Shown here piece by piece: positions 9,081 through 18,079 of a stretch of 64,000 bases of DNA (positions are counted from its first letter, which is position 1; the number at the start of each line of letters is the position of its first letter). Under the pieces are notes generated by a model that worked only from the letters and a program-made list of their open reading frames with translations, made no database searches and was not told where the DNA came from. Both the position numbers and the translations under genes were made by a program. This DNA is from Candidatus Sediminicultor quartus (GTDB taxonomy: Bacteria; Atribacterota; Phoenicimicrobiia; Phoenicimicrobiales; Phoenicimicrobiaceae). The stretch spans positions 7,699 to 71,698 of the forward strand of contig DSEL01000184.1 of the NCBI GenBank assembly GCA_011056645.1. Reading direction: 5' to 3'.

Positions 9081-9107
9081 TGATACAGAGAACCGTCCCC
9101 TGTATCA
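9081..9107 (+). repeat. REP-like 27-bp palindrome, copy 2
   Basis: Exact copy of TGATACAGAGAACCGTCCCCTGTATCA, ending 1 nt before the TAA stop of the kinase gene (9109-9111) and upstream of the potD-like promoter. Confidence 0.85.
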
Positions 9108-9108
9108 T

Positions 9109-10053
9109 TTATACACCATATTCTTCCTGAATAAATTTGATATTATTATGAGCATTTTCAAATTTCACTTTTCCGTAATTATAGAAATCGAATTTGATCT
9201 TGGAAATATTATTCTGGATCATGCTCCAAATGAACCAGAAAATGTCGGGAAAGGGTTTAAAAATATCAATCAGGTAGAGGGTTTTTTCGAACTCCTTGTC
9301 CTCACAGTAATGCCTTACTATACTTTTCTCTACATCTCGCGGAACTAAAATCTCCTGGAACATATCCGCCAGATCATAATAGCGAGGTGCCATCCCCGCA
9401 TACTCCCAGTCAATAAGATACATCGGTTCAGGATATCTTCCCCGATCAGCCTCATCTACCAGCACGAAATTATCCGCTAACAGATCATTATGGCTTGCCG
9501 TGTATTCACTCTCCGGAATATTGATCGTTTCGGCGATCTTTTCCAGGTTTTTAATTATACCATCAATATCAAACTCCGGACAACTAATCTCCAGATTGTT
9601 TAAGATCCTGTGCATCTCTTTCACTTTATTTAAAGGATTAAAGATTTGAGGGAACTCAACTCCACTTTGGTGAATTTTTCGTATTGGCCTGGCAATCTTT
9701 TCATGAAGCTCTTCCTTTAAGAAATCAGAGTTTTTTAATACATACCCCGGAATAAATTCTACAATGGTAACCCTATATTCAGGCATATATTTTACTAGTT
9801 TAGGTGAAATGCCTACCTTGGCTACTCTCCTCATGATTTCTGCTACGATGCTTCTACTAATGAAAGTCTCTGTTTTATCACCGTAGATTCTTATGGTAAG
9901 ATCCCCTTTTTCAGAACGCACCCGATACAATTTATTAGTAATACCACCACTTAATACACCTATCTTTATTGCTGTGTTCTTCCACTCTGGCATGAGTTTA
10001 AAAAATAGTTTTTCGGTAAACTCTACATCTAAAAGATTCGTGACTTCGCTCAT
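9109..10053 (-). CDS. choline/ethanolamine kinase family phosphotransferase (APH-fold)
   Basis: Brenner motif HNDLLADNFVL and the choline-kinase motif LIDWEYAGMAPRYYDLADMFQE. GGAGG RBS. Last gene of an ABC importer operon. Confidence 0.65.
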   Translation of the reverse strand: MSEVTNLLDVEFTEKLFFKLMPEWKNTAIKIGVLSGGITNKLYRVRSEKGDLTIRIYGDKTETFISRSIVAEIMRRVAKVGISPKLVKYMPEYRVTIVEFIPGYVLKNSDFLKEELHEKIARPIRKIHQSGVEFPQIFNPLNKVKEMHRILNNLEISCPEFDIDGIIKNLEKIAETINIPESEYTASHNDLLADNFVLVDEADRGRYPEPMYLIDWEYAGMAPRYYDLADMFQEILVPRDVEKSIVRHYCEDKEFEKTLYLIDIFKPFPDIFWFIWSMIQNNISKIKFDFYNYGKVKFENAHNNIKFIQEEYGV

Positions 10054-10156
10054 CTTGCCTCCATTTTTTATAAATTTTTTAAATTTAGATTTTTCAAAGA
10101 AAGTATGCTACTTCTACTTTGTCCTAATATAAATTATGAGGAATAGATCTTTTTTA

Positions 10157-11875
10157 TTAGGATAATTCACCTCCCGGCTGGTTAGTTTGTTCTCTATTTT
10201 TCTTACTGAAAAGGTTTAATACAAATATACTGACCATCACGACTAAAATGATCAAGAAAGACATAGCTGATGATGCCCCATCTTTGCCATCCTTTTCCAG
10301 GTTCACAACCGATATAGCAGCCAGATGAACATCCGGGGAAACTAAAAAAATAACAGCACTGATGGTGACCATGCTACGCATAAAATAGTAGTTAAGATTA
10401 CCAAAAAACGAAACCTTGTTTAGAGGAAAAACTACTTTGGAAAAGCTGGTGAGTACAGTAGCTCCCAGACTGGTAGCTGATTCATCCATTTCTTTATCGA
10501 TATTTTTCATATTGGTAATACTTGACAAGGTGCCCAGAGTAAAATTACAGATCACTACACTGATAATTACCAAAGCGGCTTTACCGTAGAGAAGGTCGCC
10601 AATATGGAGAAAACGAGTATTAAATATTAAGATATAACTTAATCCCATCACCAGTCCGGGTATAGCAGCCGGAATAACTGACAGCAAATAGAGAGGCTGG
10701 GCAAAAAATGGATTCTTCTTTTCAATAATATAACCATTTACCATAGTCAAAAAAGAAGCTGTAATGGCAACGATAATGGATATCCATAAACTGGTCCATA
10801 ATACCCCCATACCGCCCGGTATCCTGAAATTAAAATGCTTGAGAGTGGGAGTCCAATTGTACATCCAGAGACTTATAAACGATTTGCAGATTATCACCAA
10901 AATTACGGAAAGCAGTATGAGGGTGATAACCCAGCAGTAGCTTGTAAAAATCCTTTTTTTAAAAGCACCGGAGGGGGTCAGGGTGGGTTTGGCATGACCA
11001 CTGATCAAAGCAGTATTCCTTTTTGTAAAATAGTAATTTAAGAGAAAAGCAATGACCGAAGGAACCAGCAAGACTACCGCAATGGTGGCACCCATATCAA
11101 AGCGCTGCATGCCTATGACCTGAAGGTATATCTCGGTAGCCAGTACTTTGTAGTTCTGTCCAATAATAATGGGGTTACCGAAATCTGTAATAGCTAAATT
11201 AAAAACTAAAGCTGCTGCGGAAATGATACCATAGCGAGCTGTGGGAACAGTTATTTTGTAGAAAATTTTTACATCGGAAGCACCGAGGCTGGATGCGGCT
11301 TCATCAAGCCGGGAATCAACCGCCGAAAGAGTAGTATAAAGGATGATCATAGCATGAGGGAATGAATATAAAACCTCTGAAATAATGATGCCCGTTGCTC
11401 CGTAAATATTCCATTCTGTATGAAGTAGTCCGGTAATCAGACCATTTCTGCCAAATAGGGATACCAAGGCCATTGCCTGGAGAAGGGATGGGGCAACAAG
11501 AGGCGCCATAGCCAGAAAATAAAGTATCTTTTTCCCCGGTATGGTGGTCCTGGTCAGTCCATAAGCAAAGAAGAAAGCCAGAATGGTGGTGATCAAGGTG
11601 ACCCACAAGGAGACATTTAAGCTGTTATACAGAGACTGCACTATAGTAGGAGTAGAGAAGTAATGAATAAAATTATTAAGGGTTAATCCTTTGCCAAAAA
11701 AATGAGTTTCCGGATTGTAGGGGGTAATGCTCAGGCGTAGAATATTACTTACCGGAACCAACATAAAGAGAATAAGGAAGAGACCTATTAGTCCTCCCGC
11801 AATATATATTACTAATCTGTCATCAAGTATCTTCCGTTGGCTTAATTCAAGTTTTTCCACTTTTGTATTGGGCAT
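10157..11875 (-). CDS. fused two-domain ABC importer permease (FbpB/ThiP/AfuB-like)
   Basis: 572 aa, about 12 TM segments and two EAA loops (DEAASSLGASDVKIFYKITVP and DESATSLGATVLTSFSKVVFP). Confidence 0.75.
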   Translation of the reverse strand: MPNTKVEKLELSQRKILDDRLVIYIAGGLIGLFLILFMLVPVSNILRLSITPYNPETHFFGKGLTLNNFIHYFSTPTIVQSLYNSLNVSLWVTLITTILAFFFAYGLTRTTIPGKKILYFLAMAPLVAPSLLQAMALVSLFGRNGLITGLLHTEWNIYGATGIIISEVLYSFPHAMIILYTTLSAVDSRLDEAASSLGASDVKIFYKITVPTARYGIISAAALVFNLAITDFGNPIIIGQNYKVLATEIYLQVIGMQRFDMGATIAVVLLVPSVIAFLLNYYFTKRNTALISGHAKPTLTPSGAFKKRIFTSYCWVITLILLSVILVIICKSFISLWMYNWTPTLKHFNFRIPGGMGVLWTSLWISIIVAITASFLTMVNGYIIEKKNPFFAQPLYLLSVIPAAIPGLVMGLSYILIFNTRFLHIGDLLYGKAALVIISVVICNFTLGTLSSITNMKNIDKEMDESATSLGATVLTSFSKVVFPLNKVSFFGNLNYYFMRSMVTISAVIFLVSPDVHLAAISVVNLEKDGKDGASSAMSFLIILVVMVSIFVLNLFSKKNREQTNQPGGELS

Positions 11876-11888
11876 CTGCTTCTCCTAA

Positions 11889-12959
11889 TTATTCATCTTT
11901 AAAAACCATGAACTCTTCAGGGGGGAAGTAAAGGGTTAAGGTCTCGCCCCGTTTAATTTTCATCTCTTCAAAACCTCTTTCCAGGCAATCAATGACTATT
12001 TCCATCTCTCCGACTCTGAATAATAGTCGTACCATAAGTCCCAGATAGTTTACCACGATAAGTTTTCCTTCCAGTAGATTCTCTTTAGGCCGTTCTTTAT
12101 CAGGGCTGCCTACCATTATTTCAACTTTTTCCGGCCTGATGGCACCGTATACGCTATCAAAATTTGATTCTTTAGTTTTTGTTGTTTTTATTTTGAAGTT
12201 GTCCCCTACAATGTAGCCGTCTTTCAGTTTGCCTTTAAAAAAGTTACTGGTTCCTACAAAATTAGCTACATACTGGGATAAAGGTCTTTTATAGATAGAA
12301 ATGGGATCGCCAATCTGCTCTATACTTCCCTGCTTCATAATAACTATCCTGTCAGATATAGCTAAAGCTTCTTCCTGATCATGGGTAACATAAATGGTGG
12401 TAATGCCTAAATCTGCTTGAAGCTGTTTAATTTCGCCTCTTAGTTTTAGCCTGATCTTGGCATCCAGAGCGCTTAAAGGCTCATCAAGAAGAATTACCTC
12501 AGGATTAGGAGCCAGGGCTCTGACCAGGGCTACCCGCTGCTGCATGCCGCCGGAAAGCTGAGGAGGATATTTTTCTTTGTGCTCCAGCAGCCCGACCATA
12601 TTTAAAAGTGAATCAACCCGGTCTTTAATAATATTTTTAGGACGTTTATGCATTTCCAGACCGAAAGCCACATTTTCCTTTACTTTCATATGGGGAAAAA
12701 GCGCATAAGACTGAAAAACTATCCCAAAGTTCCTTCTCTGGGGAATGAGGTCATTAATGATTTTGTTATTATAGATTAATTTGCCTGCATCAGGTTTTTC
12801 GAATCCTGCAATCATTCTTAAAGTAGTAGTTTTACCGCAGCCAGAAGGACCGAGAAGGGTCAAAAGCTCCCCTTCTTTAATTTCTAAATCCATATCTTTT
12901 ACTGCATATTTATCGCCATACTTTTTTGCGATACCTTCAAGAACAAGATTTTTTGTCAT
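11889..12959 (-). CDS. ABC importer ATP-binding protein with a C-terminal TOBE domain (FbpC/AfuC-like)
   Basis: GPSGCGKTTTLRMIAGF, LSGGMQQRVALVRAL and ILLDEPLSALD. Confidence 0.85.
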   Translation of the reverse strand: MTKNLVLEGIAKKYGDKYAVKDMDLEIKEGELLTLLGPSGCGKTTTLRMIAGFEKPDAGKLIYNNKIINDLIPQRRNFGIVFQSYALFPHMKVKENVAFGLEMHKRPKNIIKDRVDSLLNMVGLLEHKEKYPPQLSGGMQQRVALVRALAPNPEVILLDEPLSALDAKIRLKLRGEIKQLQADLGITTIYVTHDQEEALAISDRIVIMKQGSIEQIGDPISIYKRPLSQYVANFVGTSNFFKGKLKDGYIVGDNFKIKTTKTKESNFDSVYGAIRPEKVEIMVGSPDKERPKENLLEGKLIVVNYLGLMVRLLFRVGEMEIVIDCLERGFEEMKIKRGETLTLYFPPEEFMVFKDE

Positions 12960-12987
12960 CTAAATTTCCTTCTAACTAATAAAATTT

Positions 12988-13016
12988 AGAGATAGGGCAA
13001 CAACCGCCCTATCTCT
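12988..13016 (-). promoter_or_regulatory. intra-operon stem-loop (11-bp stem) after the binding-protein gene
   Basis: AGAGATAGGGC-aacaacc-GCCCTATCTCT, between the binding-protein stop (13039) and the ATPase start (12959). Confidence 0.5.
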
Positions 13017-13038
13017 ATTTAGTTAATTATAATAATAC

Positions 13039-14073
13039 TTATTTGGGTTCTGTTTTGGCCACAAAGAGTGCATTCCATTTTTCCATAAGTTGTGTTTTAT
13101 TCATTGCACTCCAGTCAAAATCCATTTTAGCCAACTTTACCTCTTCAGGTTTAGGAAGGGGTAAGGTAGCTTGAGAAGTAATACCTTCTCTGGTAACCAT
13201 TATTTTATATTTGGAATAGGCTTTCATAGCGTTTTCGCTGATCGCCCAGTCAAGGAACATTTTTGCTGCTTCAGGGTTTTTCGTCCCTTTGAGCAGAGCA
13301 TTAGCTTCCAGTTCATAACCGGCTCCCTCTGCCGGGAAAACCATCTCAACGGGATAACCTTCGCTTTTCTGTCTGGCTACGCGATACCCGAATGATATGC
13401 CAATGGCAATTTCTCCTGTGGAAGCCAGCTTAGCAGGGGCTGAACCGGAATTGGTATATTCTACTATGTTATTATCCAGTTTTTTTAGATATTCCCAGCC
13501 GTCTTCTTTGCCTTCTTTAATTCCACCCATTAGGAGTAGAGAGGTAACCTGCAAGTACCCGGTTCCGGAACTTGCCGGATTAGGCATAATAATCTCGCCC
13601 TTGTATTCCGGCCTGGTTAGATCAGCCCAGCTTGTCGGCATAGTTAGATTCTTTTCGGATAACCGTTTAGTATTAACACAAAAAGCAGCTACATACATAT
13701 CAATTGCTGTCCAGTAACCATCAGGATCCTTATATTCCTTACCGATTTTATCGATATCTTTAGGTTTATAGGGTTCCAAAATATCCTTAACCCGTGCAAG
13801 TTCGGTAACTGCAGTGCCATATATAACATCAGCCTGAGGATTATTTTTTTCAGCAAGCACTTTAGCCATCAGCTCGCCGGTGGAATATCTTATCCATTTG
13901 ATATTTAGGTCGGGCAATTCTTTTGCTGCAAGTTCAAAATAATCAGCACTCTCATCTTCCTCCAGCGCTGTGTAAACAACTACTTCATTTGCGGCAGTCC
14001 ATCCGCTGTTAAAGACAAATAGAATACTAAATACAACGAGTATCAACATTAAGGTTAATCTTTTAGTTTTCAT
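13039..14073 (-). CDS. ABC importer periplasmic substrate-binding protein (FbpA/AfuA/ThiB cluster)
   Basis: Signal peptide (MKTKRLTLMLILVVFSILFVF), an approximately 340-aa binding-protein fold, and an AGGAGG RBS. Confidence 0.7.
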   Translation of the reverse strand: MKTKRLTLMLILVVFSILFVFNSGWTAANEVVVYTALEEDESADYFELAAKELPDLNIKWIRYSTGELMAKVLAEKNNPQADVIYGTAVTELARVKDILEPYKPKDIDKIGKEYKDPDGYWTAIDMYVAAFCVNTKRLSEKNLTMPTSWADLTRPEYKGEIIMPNPASSGTGYLQVTSLLLMGGIKEGKEDGWEYLKKLDNNIVEYTNSGSAPAKLASTGEIAIGISFGYRVARQKSEGYPVEMVFPAEGAGYELEANALLKGTKNPEAAKMFLDWAISENAMKAYSKYKIMVTREGITSQATLPLPKPEEVKLAKMDFDWSAMNKTQLMEKWNALFVAKTEPK

Positions 14074-14495
14074 TTTTTCCTCCTTTTATAATTTCGAATT
14101 TATCGGCAGACACATTCTCTGCCCGAGCCAAAAAATGATTCACCACCTCCATTCATAATTACATAGCATGTCCGAAAACTTCGAGAACAGATAACTTCAG
14201 AAACAACCTAATTTAATCTTGAGCTTAGATTGTTGAGTATAAGAAATTATAAATCTTATATAGATTCTTAAATATTTCTAATCTTTCTTATCTTATATAT
14301 AGATGGTTTTTAAAATGCAGGCCCTTGGCTTTTAACCTAACCTTAATTCAGTTAGCTTTATTTTCTTTAGAGAAAGTGGGTATCTTTTCTGTATATATCT
14401 TGTTTAATTTTAACATAAATTCCAGTAGTAATAAAGGGGATTTTAGTCTTATAGCACTTTTTTTATCATTTAAAGTCATTCTCGGCTCAGATTAT

Positions 14496-14537
14496 AAGAA
14501 TAGATGCCCACGGTCATACCCGGGGGCATCTATTCTT
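14496..14537 (-). terminator. hairpin with 14-bp stem downstream of the transaldolase gene (possibly bidirectional)
   Basis: AAGAATAGATGCCC-14-nt loop-GGGCATCTATTCTT, just 3' of the stop at 14545. U/A-rich flanks on both strands. Confidence 0.45.
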
Positions 14538-14544
14538 ATTGATT

Positions 14545-15750
14545 CTATCTCTTTTTCTCCAACCGAGCAGAAACAAAGTTTAGCATGCCAAAAGTTCTGT
14601 TGGAAAATTCTTTCGCTGTGGCAATAAGAGCAGGATGATTAATGAATTCATCTGCAGAAAGTCCGTCTTCCGAGTAAGCCTGTTCAAAATAAGGGATCTT
14701 GAGTAATTTATCTAAGACTTCTTTGGGCGGTTCTTCCTCAATTTGATGGCTAAATTCTAATTCATCACATTTTAGGATTAAGGCTTTGATAAATTTTGGT
14801 GGACAGGTATAAACAAAATTTCCACCGGCTATCTTTTCCAGGTGCCAGACTGCAACTTTTTTATCCTCAACTGGGGGAGAAACTCTCATAGAGCAGGCCA
14901 ACATCTTGCTGGGATGCTTTTGTTCTTTTAGTATTTGATGCGCTTTTTTAATGATAGCCACTTCTGCCCATCTAACATCGGCTTCAGAAAGTTCGATTCC
15001 ACTTTCACGTCCCTTTCCCGGAAGATCTCCTAAATCTCCGTATCGGGCCATCATATCGGTTATGACGGATCTCCATTTACTTAAGTCTACTTTATTTTTC
15101 TTGGCAATTTCCAGACCCTCTTTAACCGCATTGGCACAGACTATGAATTGAGGAAGAATAAAAGATAAAGTATTATTGGTTGCTATTCCTTTAGAAGTTA
15201 ATATTTTGATTACCTCATAGCCTTCTTTCGTCCCGGGAACTTTGATCATTACGTTGGGAGAAAGCTTCGCCAGATCATAGGCTTGTTCCAACATTTTTTC
15301 TCGATCCTCGATATATCGGGGATCTACCTGAGCAGATATATATCCATTCTTATAATTGGATTTTTCAAAGAGAGGCATATACATCTGTGCTCCCCGTTTC
15401 ACTATTTCCTTATAAGTCATCCAAAATAGCCTTTCTTGGTCTATGTGCGGATTTTTATCTATCAGGCTGTCTACGAATTTTTCCCAGTAGGCTTTTTGTA
15501 TCTCAAAAACAGCCATGGACAAAGAAGGATTGGTGGTAACACCCCTGAAAACCATACTTTGTGGATCTTCTGGATTATAAAATCTTTTCAGCTGTTTCTG
15601 AACAATCTCTTTATCTTCTGCCGGTATTTCTTTTAAAACTTCTTGTTTCCAATCATCATAAATGATCGGTGAGGAATCCCACCATATTTCTGCTTCAGGA
15701 TTTATTGCTATTAATCTTTCTAATACGCTTTTTTCTTTTCGATTAGTCAC
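14545..15750 (-). CDS. tal: transaldolase (long-form transaldolase family)
   Basis: GVTTNPSLSMAV (the TTNPSL motif) and MIKVPGTKEG (Schiff-base lysine region). Adjacent to rpiB and the split tkt genes. Confidence 0.65.
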   Translation of the reverse strand: MTNRKEKSVLERLIAINPEAEIWWDSSPIIYDDWKQEVLKEIPAEDKEIVQKQLKRFYNPEDPQSMVFRGVTTNPSLSMAVFEIQKAYWEKFVDSLIDKNPHIDQERLFWMTYKEIVKRGAQMYMPLFEKSNYKNGYISAQVDPRYIEDREKMLEQAYDLAKLSPNVMIKVPGTKEGYEVIKILTSKGIATNNTLSFILPQFIVCANAVKEGLEIAKKNKVDLSKWRSVITDMMARYGDLGDLPGKGRESGIELSEADVRWAEVAIIKKAHQILKEQKHPSKMLACSMRVSPPVEDKKVAVWHLEKIAGGNFVYTCPPKFIKALILKCDELEFSHQIEEEPPKEVLDKLLKIPYFEQAYSEDGLSADEFINHPALIATAKEFSNRTFGMLNFVSARLEKKR

Positions 15751-15775
15751 TTCTTAAAACCTCCAATATTAATAT

Positions 15776-16225
15776 TTAATTGAAATTCTCTTTCTCTATC
15801 TCCATGATCTTTTGTACTTTTCTTTCTGATCTGCCACCTTGAAATTCTGAATTCAACCAGGCATTCACTAACATTTTAGCCAATTCTATGCCAGTAACTA
15901 GAGCTCCCAGGGTTATTATTTGAGCATTGTTGCTTTTTATGGCTCTTTCCGCCTGATAAACATTACAACAGGTAGCTGCCCTGATCCCTTTTACTTTATC
16001 AGCAGCCATCGCCATCCCCAAACCCGTTCCGCAGATAAGGATACCTCTTTCGAATTTTCCTTCAGCAATGGCATAAGCTACTTTTTTTGCTATATCGGGA
16101 TAATCAATCGGATCTCTGGTAAAAGTACCAAAATCTTTATACTCTACTTTTCTTTCTTTTAATAAATCAATGATTGCATTCTTTAAATCTAACGCATTAA
16201 AGTCACATCCAACAGCTATCTTCAT
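15776..16225 (-). CDS. rpiB: ribose-5-phosphate isomerase B (RpiB/LacAB family)
   Basis: 149 aa; MKIAVGCDFNALDLKNAIIDLL... and ...ICGTGLGMAMAADKVKGIRAA, typical of RpiB. Confidence 0.8.
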   Translation of the reverse strand: MKIAVGCDFNALDLKNAIIDLLKERKVEYKDFGTFTRDPIDYPDIAKKVAYAIAEGKFERGILICGTGLGMAMAADKVKGIRAATCCNVYQAERAIKSNNAQIITLGALVTGIELAKMLVNAWLNSEFQGGRSERKVQKIMEIEKENFN

Positions 16226-16242
16226 TACATTTCCTCCTTAGG

Positions 16243-17199
16243 TTAATTTGAATAAGAAGATTTCTTTTTCTTAACAAGGTTGATCACATAATCTACAATG
16301 CCGCTCTTGGAAAGATGATATTTTTCCAAAAGGTCCCCATAGCTACCCGTAGTACTAAATACATCGGGAACTCCTAATCTGACCACTCTTATAGGATTTT
16401 CCTGGGAAAGGAATTCGCTGACTGCACCGCCTAAGCCACCTACAATACTATGGTCTTCGATAGTGAGAATTATATCTGTCTCTTTGGAAACTTGAAGAAG
16501 AAGCTCGTAATCCAGCGGTTTTATGGAAGGCATGCTGATCACTCCGACTTCAATTCCCAATTTAACCAGTTCCTCTGCAGCTTCCATGGTTCTCCATACC
16601 ATCCCTCCCATGGTAATTAAGGTAATATCCTTTCCTTTTTGAAGTGCTTCCCCTTTTCCGAAGGAAAAATGGTAATCTGATTGATGAAAAGTAGGTAATT
16701 TTTCACTGCCAATTCTGATATAAACCGGTCCGGTGTATTTAGCCGCTTCATTTACGCAGGCTCTTATTTCAATGGCATCAGAAGGCACAAGCACTTTCAT
16801 ATTAGACAAGCTCCTCATTACTGCTATATCTTCCAAAGATTGATGGGTATATCCCAGGTAAGAATAATCAAGTCCGGAGTTACGCCCGGCAATTTTGACA
16901 TTGGCAAAAGTATAAACTAAATCATCTCTAACCTGCTCAAAACAACGCATGGTAATAAAAGGAGTTATGGCACAAAAGAAAGGTATCTTCCCGCTCAAAG
17001 CAAGCCCTGCACAAAAACCAATCGCTGATTGTTCTGTTAAACCAAATTCTAAATGCCTTTCCGGGAAACACTCTTTAAAAGGGCCGAATCCTGAACTGCC
17101 TGAAGAATCAGTCGATACGGCTAAAATTCGCGGGTCTTGTTTGGCCAGTTCTAAAACTTGGTTACCGAATACTTTTCGTGGATCGTTTAATTCTTTCAT
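16243..17199 (-). CDS. transketolase, C-terminal (pyrimidine-binding/transketolase-C) subunit
   Basis: Split tkt: TGPVYIRIGSE, C-terminal domain. Overlaps the N-terminal subunit gene by 4 nt. Confidence 0.85.
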   Translation of the reverse strand: MKELNDPRKVFGNQVLELAKQDPRILAVSTDSSGSSGFGPFKECFPERHLEFGLTEQSAIGFCAGLALSGKIPFFCAITPFITMRCFEQVRDDLVYTFANVKIAGRNSGLDYSYLGYTHQSLEDIAVMRSLSNMKVLVPSDAIEIRACVNEAAKYTGPVYIRIGSEKLPTFHQSDYHFSFGKGEALQKGKDITLITMGGMVWRTMEAAEELVKLGIEVGVISMPSIKPLDYELLLQVSKETDIILTIEDHSIVGGLGGAVSEFLSQENPIRVVRLGVPDVFSTTGSYGDLLEKYHLSKSGIVDYVINLVKKKKSSYSN

Positions 17200-18032
17200 A
17201 AATAATTCATCCCCAATTCAATAAAAGCTTTTTTCATTTCTTCATCTGTTGGTTTCCAATAATGATATTTGTAATTATTCTCTGCAAAAGAAAGCCCTTT
17301 CCCTTTTATGGTATTAGCTATGATACAGGTAGGACACTCTTTTTTAAGGGGTAAATTTTTCAGTGCTCCAAATATATCTACAAAATCATGTCCGTCAATC
17401 TCAAGGGTTTGCCACCCAAAGGAACTCCATTTCGCTGTCAACGATTCTGTGTTTAAAACATCTTTGGTATTTCCATGTATTTGAAGTCTGTTTCTATCAA
17501 TGATAGCTATCAGATTATCTAATCTGTAATGACTGGCTATTTCAGCTGCTTCCCAAACAGAGCCTTCGGCAATTTCACCATCACCCATAAGGACATAAAC
17601 TTTGTAATCTTTCTGATCTATTTTCCCGGCAAGAGCCATTCCACCCCCTATGGCAAGGCCATGCCCTAAAGAACCGGTATTGGCCTCCACTCCGGGTAGT
17701 TTGTGACGATCGGGATGGCCAGGCAGTTTACTATTTAAAGAGTCGTAGGTAGTAAGTAGTTTTTTATCGAAATATCCTTTTTCTGCCAAAACAGAATATA
17801 AGGCAAGACACTTATGCCCTGCGCTTAGAATAAATCGATCCCTATCTTCCCATTGAGGTTCTTGCGGGTTACATCGTAATAGGGAAAAATACAATGCGGT
17901 AATCACTTCTATACACGAAAGACTACCGCCGACATGGCCACCCTGTCCGGATTGAATCATTGTGATAATATTTCTTCGTAAATTTAGAGCTGTTTGCTTT
18001 AAATTGTTAATTTGTGTATCCGAAATTTCCAC
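17196..18032 (-). CDS. transketolase, N-terminal (thiamine-diphosphate-binding) subunit
   Basis: GHVGGSLSCIEVITALYF and the GDGEIAEG thiamine-diphosphate-binding motif. Confidence 0.85.
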   Translation of the reverse strand: MEISDTQINNLKQTALNLRRNIITMIQSGQGGHVGGSLSCIEVITALYFSLLRCNPQEPQWEDRDRFILSAGHKCLALYSVLAEKGYFDKKLLTTYDSLNSKLPGHPDRHKLPGVEANTGSLGHGLAIGGGMALAGKIDQKDYKVYVLMGDGEIAEGSVWEAAEIASHYRLDNLIAIIDRNRLQIHGNTKDVLNTESLTAKWSSFGWQTLEIDGHDFVDIFGALKNLPLKKECPTCIIANTIKGKGLSFAENNYKYHYWKPTDEEMKKAFIELGMNYL

Positions 18033-18079
18033 TTAAATCCTCCTTCCACTCGAACTAAAAAACCAAACGACTTGTAGGA

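Noticed and set aside
14074-14300. Possible thiamine-pyrophosphate or other riboswitch in the long leader of the Fbp/Thi-like ABC operon
   Set aside because: The minus-strand leader contains only a simple GGCAGAGAATGTGTCTGCC hairpin. None of the conserved TPP-riboswitch elements (CUGAGA, pyrimidine-sensor helix) are present.
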